DNA from: Bacteriovoracaceae bacterium
GTDB lineage: Bacteria; Bdellovibrionota; Bacteriovoracia; Bacteriovoracales; Bacteriovoracaceae
NCBI GenBank assembly: GCA_035576105.1
Contig: DATLXA010000067.1
Span: forward strand, 205,082-269,081
Direction: 5' to 3'
Length of the DNA stretch: 64,000 nucleotides
Below the pieces are notes generated by a model, which searched no databases, was not told the origin of the DNA, and saw only the letters and a list, made by a program, of their open reading frames with translations. Of this stretch, positions 1-8,873 are shown piece after piece. Within the stretch, counting starts at the first letter, position 1. The number at the start of each line of letters is the position of its first letter. Position numbers and translations under genes: made by a program.

Positions 1-2
1 TT

Positions 3-275
3 GAGGTCATTGTTATCGGCCTCCCCTTTCTCACGGACGGACAGAAAACAAAAATGACCACCAAGGCCCAAGAGTTTGTGAAGCTAATATCCGAGTCCTT
101 CGCTCTAAAGGTCTTCGAGCAGGACGAGACCCTGTCCACTTTCGAAGCCGAGTCCCGCATGAAGACCTCACCCCGCTATAATTTCCAGGTGGACTTAAAA
201 CACATCGACGCCGTCGCCGCCAGTGTCATCCTGGAAGATTTTATCCGCAGCAGGAAAGGCAAGGTTGGTTTATAA
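3..275 (+). CDS. ruvX: Holliday junction resolvase-like RuvX/YqgF (5' truncated by window)
   Basis: Frame is open from position 3 (EVIVIGLPFLTDG...), then QDETLST (DERLST-like) and IDAVAASVILEDF motifs; directly upstream of mltG. Confidence 0.9.
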   Translation, partial: EVIVIGLPFLTDGQKTKMTTKAQEFVKLISESFALKVFEQDETLSTFEAESRMKTSPRYNFQVDLKHIDAVAASVILEDFIRSRKGKVGL

Positions 276-300
276 TGGATAGATATTTTAAGGATGATGT

Positions 301-1326
301 ATGATTAAAAAGCTCTTCCTCTTTGGTTTCTTAGCACTCCTCCTCGTCACCGTTGTTGTTGGCGGGAAGATTGCCATGGTCTTCAATGAAACCTATACGG
401 GAGAAGACAAGACCTTCACCGTGAGAGAAGGCGATACCTTTGGCAAGATCAACCAGCGTCTTGCAGATGAAAGTCTCATCAACAACACCCGTCTCTTCCA
501 CTACTACGCGAAGTACAAGAACGTGCTTACCAAATTCCGCGCAGGGAACTTCACCATCACCCGCGGATCAAACATGTCTCGGGTGCTGGAGACCCTGGTC
601 TATGGTCAGCCTAACCTCTCGAGTGTAACAATCCCGGAAGGGAAAAACATGTACGAAATCGCAAAGCTCATCGGAGCTTCCGGCATCGCTTCGGAAGATG
701 AATTTCTCAAAGCCGTGCAGAACCCGGACCTCATCTCCCAGCTTAGTATCCAGGCCTCGTCTCTGGAAGGGTACCTCTATCCCGAAACCTACCGGTTCGC
801 ACCGAACACCTCTGCCCGCACCGTCGCTAAGAGCATGATCGACCTTTTCAATGAGAAGACCAAGGACATCGACTTCAACCATCCCTTCTTGAATAAGCAT
901 CAGGTGATCATCCTCGCGTCCATGGTAGAAAAAGAAACTGGAGCAAAGGTCGAAAGACCCGCCATCGCCGGGGTCTTCACAAATAGGCTCAAAAAGAAAA
1001 TGCGACTCGAGTCTGATCCGACGACGATCTACGGTATCTGGTCAAGGTACCAGGGGAACATTAAGAAAGCTGACCTGCTAGAGCTCACCCCCTACAACAC
1101 CTACAAGGTCCCAGCACTTCCCCAAGGGCCCATCGCCAACCCAAGCCTCGAGGCCATCAAGGGGGTGCTGAACCCGGCACCCCACAACTACATCTTCTTC
1201 GTGAGCAAGAACGATGGGACTCACGTTTTCACTGAAACCTACGACCTACACTTAAAGGCTGTCGAGGAATACCAGATCAACGCGCGGGCGAGGAAAGGCA
1301 AGAGCTGGCGAAACCTCAAGCAGTAA
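301..1326 (+). CDS. mltG: Endolytic transglycosylase MltG (YceG family)
   Basis: N-terminal TM; LEGYLYPETY, LASMVEKET, RLESDPTTIYG, YNTYKVPALPQGPIANP motifs. Confidence 0.95.
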   Translation: MIKKLFLFGFLALLLVTVVVGGKIAMVFNETYTGEDKTFTVREGDTFGKINQRLADESLINNTRLFHYYAKYKNVLTKFRAGNFTITRGSNMSRVLETLVYGQPNLSSVTIPEGKNMYEIAKLIGASGIASEDEFLKAVQNPDLISQLSIQASSLEGYLYPETYRFAPNTSARTVAKSMIDLFNEKTKDIDFNHPFLNKHQVIILASMVEKETGAKVERPAIAGVFTNRLKKKMRLESDPTTIYGIWSRYQGNIKKADLLELTPYNTYKVPALPQGPIANPSLEAIKGVLNPAPHNYIFFVSKNDGTHVFTETYDLHLKAVEEYQINARARKGKSWRNLKQ

Positions 1327-1375
1327 TTTTTTCAAGAGTCGAGTTCAAAAAAATCACTTAGCTTAAAGTCACCAG

Positions 1376-1552
1376 CTAGGCAGTACAGCCGCCTGCCCAA
1401 TAAAGCTGCCACTGTCCATTCTCGCACACATAAGTTCTACCAGCTGTACAACGGTAATCTCCTTCAGGACCACATGAAACTGCTTCGACTTCAATCTGTT
1501 CAATGAAAATTTCTTAATCATCGGAGTTCCTTGAATTGAAACCACTATTCAT
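1376..1552 (-). pseudogene. Cryptic Cys-rich small ORF with one in-frame TAA (pseudogene, readthrough or sequence error)
   Basis: Manual translation: MNSGFNSRNSDD*EIFIEQIEVEAVSCGPEGDYRCTAGRTYVCENGQWQLYWAGGCTA*; ATG overlaps the upstream stop (TAATG); TAA at 1516-1514. Confidence 0.45.
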
Positions 1553-2034
1553 TAATAATCGACGCCTGACTTTCTGATGTGGACTATGGGCTTCGCGGCT
1601 TCGTTCATCACAAAGGACGAAAGAACTTCCGCAAAAACGATCTCATGATCTCCAGGCTTCGACGAAGACTTGAGCGTACACTCGAACGCAGACTTCGCCT
1701 GATCCAGGATCACGCCACCCTTCTGACCAATCTGATAAGGTAGCTCGCTGAACGGGTTATTGTCAGGATCATACCCTTTCCAGAAATGCTTAAGAAATGT
1801 TTTGTCATGGTCGCCGACCACGTTCACTGCGAAAGGAGTACCGGCCTTGATCAGATCGAACGCGGGCCTGCCCGGTTTAATTGCTAGGGAAATCATCATG
1901 GGATTAAAAGAAACCTGTTGGATGAAACTTGCCAAATAACCGTCGATCGCCCCACTCGCAGGGTCTTTGACTGCCACGATAAAGAGCCCGGATGGTATAT
2001 GCCCCACTGAAATTGCTAAATTGCTTTGCAGCAT
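1552..2034 (-). CDS. Flavin reductase-like (DIM6/NTAB family) protein
   Basis: IPSGLFIVAV, ASFIQQVSFNP, FAVNVVG, GDHEIVFAEV motifs. Confidence 0.88.
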   Translation of the reverse strand: MLQSNLAISVGHIPSGLFIVAVKDPASGAIDGYLASFIQQVSFNPMMISLAIKPGRPAFDLIKAGTPFAVNVVGDHDKTFLKHFWKGYDPDNNPFSELPYQIGQKGGVILDQAKSAFECTLKSSSKPGDHEIVFAEVLSSFVMNEAAKPIVHIRKSGVDY

Positions 2035-2113
2035 AAATCCTCGTTTTTAATAAGTTTCTCTCAGTATCCACTATAGATTCAGTACCAGATTTGTCAATCA
2101 TGGATGGGGCGAT

Positions 2114-2142
2114 TAAATTTTTTAGACATTAATTGCCGATAA
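2114..2142 (+). promoter_or_regulatory. Candidate sigma-28 (FliA)-type promoter upstream of dksA
   Basis: TAAA (2114-2117)-N17-GCCGATAA (2135-2142); perfect -10, spacer longer than the usual 15-16. Confidence 0.4.
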
Positions 2143-2243
2143 GAACTGTCACTTGAGTCCTCTCGTATATGGAATTAAACTATTATGAGAGGTTCAATTT
2201 ATGGACTATAATTTACTCTGATTTTCCAATTGTGGAGGGCCCA

Positions 2244-2615
2244 GTGGATAGAAAAAATTTAGAACACTACAGACAATTGCTCCTCAAGCAAAGACAACAG
2301 ATCCTCAACGTCGGTCTGCTCAATAAGTCTGATGACCTGCTGATCGCCGAAGACGATCTTTCGGATGAGACCGACCTCGCCTCCTCCATCATCCAGCAGC
2401 AGCTCAACTGCACCATCCGCGACCGTGAGTACGCTAAGCTCCGTCGTATCGACTACGCCCTCGATAAGGTCAATGAAGGATCCTATGGCCACTGTGAAGA
2501 GTGCGAAGAAGAGATCGGCGCCAAGCGACTCGAGAACCAGCCCTGGGCCGAGCTGTGTATCCAGCATGCGGAAGAGAGAGAAAGAGAAGAATCTCAGATC
2601 TACCGACAGGCCTGA
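2244..2615 (+). CDS. dksA: DksA/TraR family C4 zinc-finger RNAP-binding factor
   Basis: DETDLAS coiled-coil tip, CEEC...RLENQPWAELCIQH zinc finger; GTG start at 2244 with GGAGG SD at 2234-2238 (ORF track starts at 2169). Confidence 0.85.
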   Translation: MDRKNLEHYRQLLLKQRQQILNVGLLNKSDDLLIAEDDLSDETDLASSIIQQQLNCTIRDREYAKLRRIDYALDKVNEGSYGHCEECEEEIGAKRLENQPWAELCIQHAEEREREESQIYRQA

Positions 2616-2644
2616 GCCTCTGACCTGAACAAATACCAAAACAT

Positions 2645-2670
2645 AAGGGCCAAATCTTGGCCCTTTTTTT
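2645..2670 (+). terminator. Rho-independent terminator after dksA
   Basis: AAGGGCCAA-atc-TTGGCCCTT stem followed by a T run. Confidence 0.85.
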
Positions 2671-2746
2671 ATGTCTAGAATTTAGACAGCTTCCTAAAAA
2701 TCATCCAACTTTTAGTCATAACTTCTCGGAATTAAGTATAAATCTT

Positions 2747-2762
2747 TGGCAGTGGGCTTGCT
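2747..2762 (+). promoter_or_regulatory. Sigma-54 -24/-12 promoter of the S8 protease
   Basis: TGGCAG-TGGGC-TTGCT; GG and GC separated by exactly 10 nt; 64 bp upstream of ATG. Confidence 0.7.
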
Positions 2763-2826
2763 GTATGTATTACACAAATCCAGAGCTCGGGCTTGGGATT
2801 TTAACTTTATGTGGTAAGGGAATGGA

Positions 2827-3870
2827 ATGAAAAAAGCTGTGAATTACCTCCTCCTCGTCGCGACCGCCCTGAACCTCTCGGTGTGCTGGGCAGCTTCCAC
2901 TCTAGCCTATGGCCCGGAGAACTTGATCTCCCGCTACGCCAGCTGGGGGATCGATCCGGACAAGCACCTCGCGAGCATCAACCTCAAAGACTCCTGGGAG
3001 AAGTTCCAGAAGAATAAAGAGATCGTCGTTGCCATCATCGACACTGGGATACAGGGCGACCACGCGTTCCTGGTCAATAACATTCACGTCATCGGGTCAA
3101 AGAAAAGCTCCGCAAACTTCGGAGTGGATTTCTCCTCCGGGACCGCGACCAATACCCCGGTCGATAACCACGGGCACGGAACCCACATCGCCGGAATCAT
3201 CAAGTCCGTTTTCCCGGACGTGAAGCTGCTGGCACTTAAGTACTACAACCCCAAAGCTTCCGGCCAGGCGAACCTGGACGCGACCATCAAAGCTCTCCAG
3301 TACGCCGTCGATCACAACGTCGACATGATCAACTACTCCGGCGGCGGCCCGGAAGCCTCGGTCGAAGAACTGCGGGTGCTCAAGCAGGCCGAAGCCAAAG
3401 GCATCCTGGTCATCGCGGCCGCCGGGAACGAGAAGTCGAATATCGATGACAAGAGACACGCCTACTACCCGGCGAGCTACGGCCTCTCTAATATCATCAC
3501 CGTCGGAGCCCACGACGACTCGCTGAACATCATTCCGTCTTCGAACTACGGGAAGAACTCGGTAGACATCGCAGCGCCGGGGCACCGGATCCGCTCGGCC
3601 ATCCCGGGGAACGGCGCCGGGTACATGACCGGAACAAGCCAGTCGACCGCGTTCGTCACCGGGGTGGCGGCACTGATAAAGTCGAAGTACCCACGGATGA
3701 AGTTCGATCAAGTCAAGAACATCATCCTCAGCTCTTCGCTCAAAGTTAAGAACTTCGAAGGCAAGATCCTCGGGGCGGGGAAGCTGGACGCGAACCGGGC
3801 GCTGGACCAGGCGGACACGGTCAACCAAAAACTTACGGCCCCAACCACCCGGGCAGTGGCTAACCAGTAA
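2827..3870 (+). CDS. Secreted subtilisin-like S8 serine peptidase
   Basis: Signal peptide; catalytic triad motifs IIDTG, HGHGTHIAG, MTGTSQS; AAAGN oxyanion motif. Confidence 0.93.
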   Translation: MKKAVNYLLLVATALNLSVCWAASTLAYGPENLISRYASWGIDPDKHLASINLKDSWEKFQKNKEIVVAIIDTGIQGDHAFLVNNIHVIGSKKSSANFGVDFSSGTATNTPVDNHGHGTHIAGIIKSVFPDVKLLALKYYNPKASGQANLDATIKALQYAVDHNVDMINYSGGGPEASVEELRVLKQAEAKGILVIAAAGNEKSNIDDKRHAYYPASYGLSNIITVGAHDDSLNIIPSSNYGKNSVDIAAPGHRIRSAIPGNGAGYMTGTSQSTAFVTGVAALIKSKYPRMKFDQVKNIILSSSLKVKNFEGKILGAGKLDANRALDQADTVNQKLTAPTTRAVANQ

Positions 3871-3891
3871 GATCTAGTCTACACTCTCTGC

Positions 3892-5445
3892 ATGAAATCA
3901 AAGCTCCTGGCGTATTTTCTGGTACTGGTAGCGGGTGGACTTTATTCACTGGCTTACCCGTCTGACTTCGGAGAGGGCTGGTTCCCACTACTATTCCTAT
4001 CCCTTCCCTTCTTCCTGTGGAAGCTCGAGACCTCCATCCACCTCAAAGAAAGCCTGCTCTTCATTCTCTGTTTCAACGCAGGCCTAAACCTCGTCGGCTA
4101 TTACTGGATTCCCCACACTCTTAGAGAGTTCGGAAACCTCCCGTATGTGATCTCCGTGATCCTGGGCCTTTCCTTCTCACTCATCCTGCAGCCCCACTGG
4201 TGGTTATACGCCATCTGGAAAAAGCTCAGGCCCCGGATGAAGTGGCAGTCGGAGACCGGTGTGATGGTCACCGCCTTCGTCATGACCATGCTCGAGCGCT
4301 TCACGCCTCAGCAGTTTCCTTCGTACGTCGGGAGTCCGTGGTTGCACCTGACGCCGTACCTCGGTCTTGCTCCGCACCTGGGTGTTGTGGCCTTCAGCTT
4401 CATGACCTTCTGGGTCTGCCTGGAGGCAGTCACCCAGGCTACTACAAAAAATTTCCGCCCGCAGGTGTGGGTGTGCTTCGCGGTCTTCGTCTTGCTCAAC
4501 GCGGCCATGCCTCTGGGGAAGGTGAAATTCGAACGGACTCTGTCGGTGAGAGTGGTCCAGGCGAACATCGGAAATTTTCTAAAGGTCTCCTCTGAAAAAG
4601 GAGACTTCAATTCCTACGAATCCATCGCCCGCAAATACCAGGAACTCTCCATCACGCAGAATGGCTTCCGGCCCGAACTCATCGTCTGGCCCGAGACGGC
4701 GTACTCGAATACTTTCAGCACCCGTGCCTCGGGCTTAGATCAAATCTTCGTCGACATCCTCACCAGCTCCGGAGCGGAGATGTTGATCGGCGGGTATGTT
4801 CAGGACCCGACGAAATCACCGTTCGAGATCTACGAGTCGATCTTCAACTCCTCCGTCCTCATCAGTGACCTCAAGGTCAAGGCTTCGTACCATAAAAATA
4901 TCCTGATTCCGTTCGGAGAGACTCTGCCCTTCGGTCCGTTGAATAACCAGATCGTCTCCGTGGTTCCGGCCGTCTCACTGTTTGCCCGGGGTCACGGAAC
5001 GCCGCTGATGGAGACGCGCAGCGGGCTGCGGTTCATCACTCCCATCTGCTACGAGATCCTCGAATCCAATTACATGCGGAGCCTGCTGAACCAGTGGAAG
5101 GATAACCACTTCATCGTCAACCACACCAACGACTCTTGGTATGGAGACACCGCCGAGCCCTACCAGCACCTCTTCCTCTCTCGCTGGCGGGCGCTGGAGT
5201 TTCAGCTGCCCATCGTCCGCAGCACCAACACCGGGATCACCTCAGTGATCTACCCGGACGGAAGCGAGTCTAAGAGACTCGGCATCGGACAGACGGATAT
5301 CCTGGACGTGAAGCTTCCGATAAGTCCGGGCCACAATACCATCTACCAGCTGTATGGAGCCTTCCCGATACTCGCCATCTTCATTATTCTTCTGGGGGTC
5401 ACTGTGCTGCGGGAACGGTCACGGGCCGCTCCTGAGCAGGCTTGA
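3892..5445 (+). CDS. lnt: Apolipoprotein N-acyltransferase
   Basis: Multi-TM N-terminal half; VVQANI, VWPETA (E), YHKNILIPFGE (K), ICYEI (C), NDSWYG, HLFLSRWRALE. Confidence 0.95.
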   Translation: MKSKLLAYFLVLVAGGLYSLAYPSDFGEGWFPLLFLSLPFFLWKLETSIHLKESLLFILCFNAGLNLVGYYWIPHTLREFGNLPYVISVILGLSFSLILQPHWWLYAIWKKLRPRMKWQSETGVMVTAFVMTMLERFTPQQFPSYVGSPWLHLTPYLGLAPHLGVVAFSFMTFWVCLEAVTQATTKNFRPQVWVCFAVFVLLNAAMPLGKVKFERTLSVRVVQANIGNFLKVSSEKGDFNSYESIARKYQELSITQNGFRPELIVWPETAYSNTFSTRASGLDQIFVDILTSSGAEMLIGGYVQDPTKSPFEIYESIFNSSVLISDLKVKASYHKNILIPFGETLPFGPLNNQIVSVVPAVSLFARGHGTPLMETRSGLRFITPICYEILESNYMRSLLNQWKDNHFIVNHTNDSWYGDTAEPYQHLFLSRWRALEFQLPIVRSTNTGITSVIYPDGSESKRLGIGQTDILDVKLPISPGHNTIYQLYGAFPILAIFIILLGVTVLRERSRAAPEQA

Positions 5446-5494
5446 GTTTTCTTCCGCATGTCCTTTTATTTGATTCGTTGATACCATCAGCTGT

Positions 5495-6013
5495 ATGAGA
5501 TGCTACTTTCTTACTTCCCTGCTTCTACTGAGCTCGTGCGCCAGCTATGAGAAATTCCGTCAGGTGACCGAGGAGATGGACACGCCGACCAAAATCTTCA
5601 AAGCTGACTACAACCAGACCTGGCAGGCAGTGATCCAGGTCATGCGGAAGTTCGACATCGCTCAGCAGAACCAGGAAGCGGGCTTCATCAAGACCCGTTG
5701 GATGGACAATACTCTCGAGGTGAATTTTGCAGATTCCTTCGGGTCCTCAGACGCGGTCAAAGCGGCAAAGTACAAACTGGTGATTAACGTGGTCAAGGGG
5801 TTCCGCTCGTCTCAGGAAGTGACCAAGGTCACCGTCTACAAGCGTCAGCTGATGGAGCAGGACTTCCTGCAAGGTTGGAAAGAGGTTTCCGCGGACGGGA
5901 TTACGGAGAAGACTCTGCTCTACCGGATCGAGCGGCTGATCGCCACGGACAATAAGTTAAAAGAAATTGATAAGGCCCGCGAGAAGGAACAGCTGCAGAA
6001 CACGGGGCTCTAG
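5495..6013 (+). CDS. Lipoprotein, BamC/NlpB helix-grip-like
   Basis: Lipobox LLSSC; TWQAVIQVM...AGFIKTRW resembles the BamC domain pattern. Confidence 0.55.
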   Translation: MRCYFLTSLLLLSSCASYEKFRQVTEEMDTPTKIFKADYNQTWQAVIQVMRKFDIAQQNQEAGFIKTRWMDNTLEVNFADSFGSSDAVKAAKYKLVINVVKGFRSSQEVTKVTVYKRQLMEQDFLQGWKEVSADGITEKTLLYRIERLIATDNKLKEIDKAREKEQLQNTGL

Positions 6014-6825
6014 AGTTTCTTCGAACCGGGGTTGCCCGCGGAGAGTTTAGACCAGAACTTGCGCCTTTCCGCCACTGAGTTCGGAGAGGTTTCGCCGGTG
6101 ATTTTCTCCAGAGTGTAGTCCAGGTCGTCGATCAGGTCCTGGTACTTCGGCTTCTGGATCAGCTTCGCCAGCGGCTTACTGGCCTTTTCGTACTTCACGT
6201 CCCCCAGAGTGCGGATGATGCTCTTGACGATCGAAGTTCGCTTCCGCGAGCCGGCGTCACCGGAGTAGTTGGTCTGGTCGTAGAGCATGTTCCAGACCTC
6301 CGGAGCGAGCTCGGAGATCCCCAGCTGGGAAATGTTATCCAGTGCCTGGACCCGTACGATGAGCGAGGGATCCTTGAGTGCCTTCGAGTAAACGGCGTGG
6401 TACTCGGTCTGCCGCAGACCGAGCAGGGCCTTGAGCGACGCCACTCGCATCATCCAGTGCGGATGGCCTGCGAACTTCGCGATGAACGGTGCGGAGTTCT
6501 TTCCCATCACCTGCGCCAGCAGCATGGTCGCCTGCCAACGGTTCTGCTCCGGGAATTTGTCATCTTTCATGACTTTAATCAGGACCGGTACGGCCTTGTT
6601 CTTATGCTTGAAAGTGTTTCTCTTGAGCATCGCCGAGAGCCCCGGAGTCCGGGCGTCCATGGTGAACATGTTCTCGAGCCGGTCGAGGGTCACCACGTCC
6701 TCTTTGGCGAGGGTAATCTTCTTGCCCGCCGGGTCCTTCAGCAGGCTGATGCTCTTTTCATTAACCGCGCTATGAGCGAAGCTTGAGAGACCGAGGAGCC
6801 AGACGGCGACTGTAAAATGTTTCAC
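6010..6825 (-). CDS. Exported HEAT-repeat protein
   Basis: Signal peptide; repeats WMMRVASLKAL, DPSLIVRVQALDNI. Confidence 0.75.
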   Translation of the reverse strand: MKHFTVAVWLLGLSSFAHSAVNEKSISLLKDPAGKKITLAKEDVVTLDRLENMFTMDARTPGLSAMLKRNTFKHKNKAVPVLIKVMKDDKFPEQNRWQATMLLAQVMGKNSAPFIAKFAGHPHWMMRVASLKALLGLRQTEYHAVYSKALKDPSLIVRVQALDNISQLGISELAPEVWNMLYDQTNYSGDAGSRKRTSIVKSIIRTLGDVKYEKASKPLAKLIQKPKYQDLIDDLDYTLEKITGETSPNSVAERRKFWSKLSAGNPGSKKL

Positions 6826-6827
6826 GC

Positions 6828-7742
6828 TTACCCCAGCATCTTTTCGAATTCCGAAAGGAGATCCTCGGAAGTTTTTTCAGTTTTCTTACCATTCTCCTCT
6901 CCGTTCATTCCGGCGAGAAAATCGTCTTCGGCACCGGCGTCATCCGGTGAACCCAGGAACTCCTCCAGAGCGCTGTTGTCTTCGCTCTTCGAGTGTTCTT
7001 CGTTCCCGAAATCGTCCAGCAGTGAGGACACGTCGGTGTCATCACTCGCCGCGGGCACGGGCCTGAGACTCCCCTGGCTCGCCGACAGCGAGCGCTTGAG
7101 CTGCTCGTTCTCCTGCTGGAGGCGCTTGAGGTTGGCAAGGTCATCGGCGATGATTTCGAATTCCTTCAGCCGGTCCCGGATCTCGTCCCGGTCTCTGGTG
7201 ACCTGAGTGAGTTCGGACTTGATGGCATCCTCCGCTCCGGAGCCCGACCCCGACTTCGCCAGCAGGGCCTCGAGCTCCTTGATGCGAGCTTCTGCCGTGA
7301 CGAGGTTAGCCTGAGACTGGAAAAGTTTTGCTTCGATCTCCCGCAGAGAGTTCTGGAGGTTTCCGAGCTGCGCTTCTAGAGATGCGATGTGGGCCTTCTT
7401 CTGATTTAATTCTTCCAGCAGCGCCGTGGCCGGAGCCCCGGTGACCGCAAGGCCATCCCCGCCCATGAGATTCTGCAGCGGCATCACCGAAGGAACGCCA
7501 CCCACTTCGAGGCCCCCGCCCCTAAAAAGTGAGGATTTGAGAGCGGTGGAATTCTGAATGATCGAATCGAGGTAGTTCTTTACGACATTCGCGGGAATGG
7601 CGTGCTTGAGATTGTGGTACTTCCGTCGGTTCGAAAACCATAGCCACAGGAACAACGTGGAGAGGATGACTAGGAAGCCAAACTGGATCACCAGGAGTTC
7701 GGGACCAAACTTATCCAAATAATTGATGAGCGAATCGAACAC
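6828..7742 (-). CDS. Membrane-anchored coiled-coil protein with acidic tail (hypothetical)
   Basis: N-terminal TM, long heptad regions, D/E-rich C-terminus ending LLSEFEKMLG; GTG start with GGAGGGG SD. Confidence 0.75.
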   Translation of the reverse strand: MFDSLINYLDKFGPELLVIQFGFLVILSTLFLWLWFSNRRKYHNLKHAIPANVVKNYLDSIIQNSTALKSSLFRGGGLEVGGVPSVMPLQNLMGGDGLAVTGAPATALLEELNQKKAHIASLEAQLGNLQNSLREIEAKLFQSQANLVTAEARIKELEALLAKSGSGSGAEDAIKSELTQVTRDRDEIRDRLKEFEIIADDLANLKRLQQENEQLKRSLSASQGSLRPVPAASDDTDVSSLLDDFGNEEHSKSEDNSALEEFLGSPDDAGAEDDFLAGMNGEENGKKTEKTSEDLLSEFEKMLG

Positions 7743-7834
7743 AACCCCTCCATGGATTATGATTTCAAAGCAGCTAGTAGCTGCCTAGAGTCTATTATCT
7801 ACCCATCAGAATTATTGTCAAAGCAAAGAAAATA

Positions 7835-8686
7835 TTACTTGTTGAGGATCTTCTTAAGGGCCGTATAGAGGGTCGGTGTCGAGGCTAAAACTGAGGAACC
7901 AAAAGGGTCAAATTCTCCGCCGCTGATGTTTGAGATTTTGACTCCGGCCTCCTCGCAGATGAGACCCGCGGCTGCCATGTCCCAAGGCTTAAGCCGGTAC
8001 TCCCAGTAGGCGTCGAGCATCCCGGCCGCGACATAACTGAGCTCCAGAGCAGCACTGCCCAGGCGGCGCATGGCCCGCACTTCTGGGAAACTCTTCAGCA
8101 GGTCTTTCTCCACCCGCTTGCTGGTGAGATTAGCCGACAGAAGCGCTTCCTTGAAACCCTTCTTGGCCGTGCTGGCCGTGAGCTTCACCCGGACCTGATG
8201 CTTGCCGATCTTCCGGATGAGGAACGCACCGGAGCCCCGGACGGCGTAGAACAGTTCATGGTTCACAGGATTATACACCACTCCGACCATGGTCTTGTTT
8301 CCCTGGTTGAGGGCCAGGCTCACGGCGAAGAACGGAACTTTATTATAGTAGTTGTTGGTTCCGTCTAAGGGATCAATGAGCCATAGGAACTGATCGTCCC
8401 TTACTCCCTCGAGCTTCAGTTTCTTGGCAAAAGAGTCCTCCTCCGAGAGGATCAGGTGGTCCGGGTAGTGTTTTTTAATCAACCCCATCACGTGAGCTTC
8501 CGAGAGCATGTCCGCTTCCGTGGCCAGACCTTCTTTTCCCTTATCCAAGATCTTGATGGGCTTCTTGTACGACTGAATCAGGTGTGAGTTCAGGATCTCT
8601 CCGCACTGGTGCGCCCAGGTGACGGTCTGTTTGAGGACTTTCTCCAGGTCAATCGTCGCGGTTGTCTTGCTCTTGATCTTTTTCAT
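7835..8686 (-). CDS. suhB: Inositol monophosphatase family protein (SuhB)
   Basis: [42 protein letters not shown]. Confidence 0.9.
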   Translation of the reverse strand: MKKIKSKTTATIDLEKVLKQTVTWAHQCGEILNSHLIQSYKKPIKILDKGKEGLATEADMLSEAHVMGLIKKHYPDHLILSEEDSFAKKLKLEGVRDDQFLWLIDPLDGTNNYYNKVPFFAVSLALNQGNKTMVGVVYNPVNHELFYAVRGSGAFLIRKIGKHQVRVKLTASTAKKGFKEALLSANLTSKRVEKDLLKSFPEVRAMRRLGSAALELSYVAAGMLDAYWEYRLKPWDMAAAGLICEEAGVKISNISGGEFDPFGSSVLASTPTLYTALKKILNK

Positions 8687-8873
8687 TGATGAGGTGCTCG
8701 AGGGTTAAGGATTCTTCTTCAGATAACTTCTCCACGGGTACAGTATAGGACTCCGTTAACCATTGTCCAAGGTCAATGAGCCGGCAGCGTTCGCAGCAGA
8801 AGGGCCGGTACTCCGAGGTGTAGTAACTGAACTTCTTCTTGCAGTTGGGACAGCTGACTTCGATTTTTTTCAT
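8649..8873 (-). CDS. yacG: DNA gyrase inhibitor YacG
   Basis: CPNC...[18 protein letters not shown] zinc-finger signature. Confidence 0.9.
   Translation of the reverse strand: MKKIEVSCPNCKKKFSYYTSEYRPFCCERCRLIDLGQWLTESYTVPVEKLSEEESLTLEHLINEKDQEQDNRDD

Noticed and set aside
1369-1521. 50-aa ORF MIKKFSLNRLKSKQ... in the frame of ATG 1521
   Set aside because: No recognisable pattern; the overlapping Cys-rich frame looks more protein-like.
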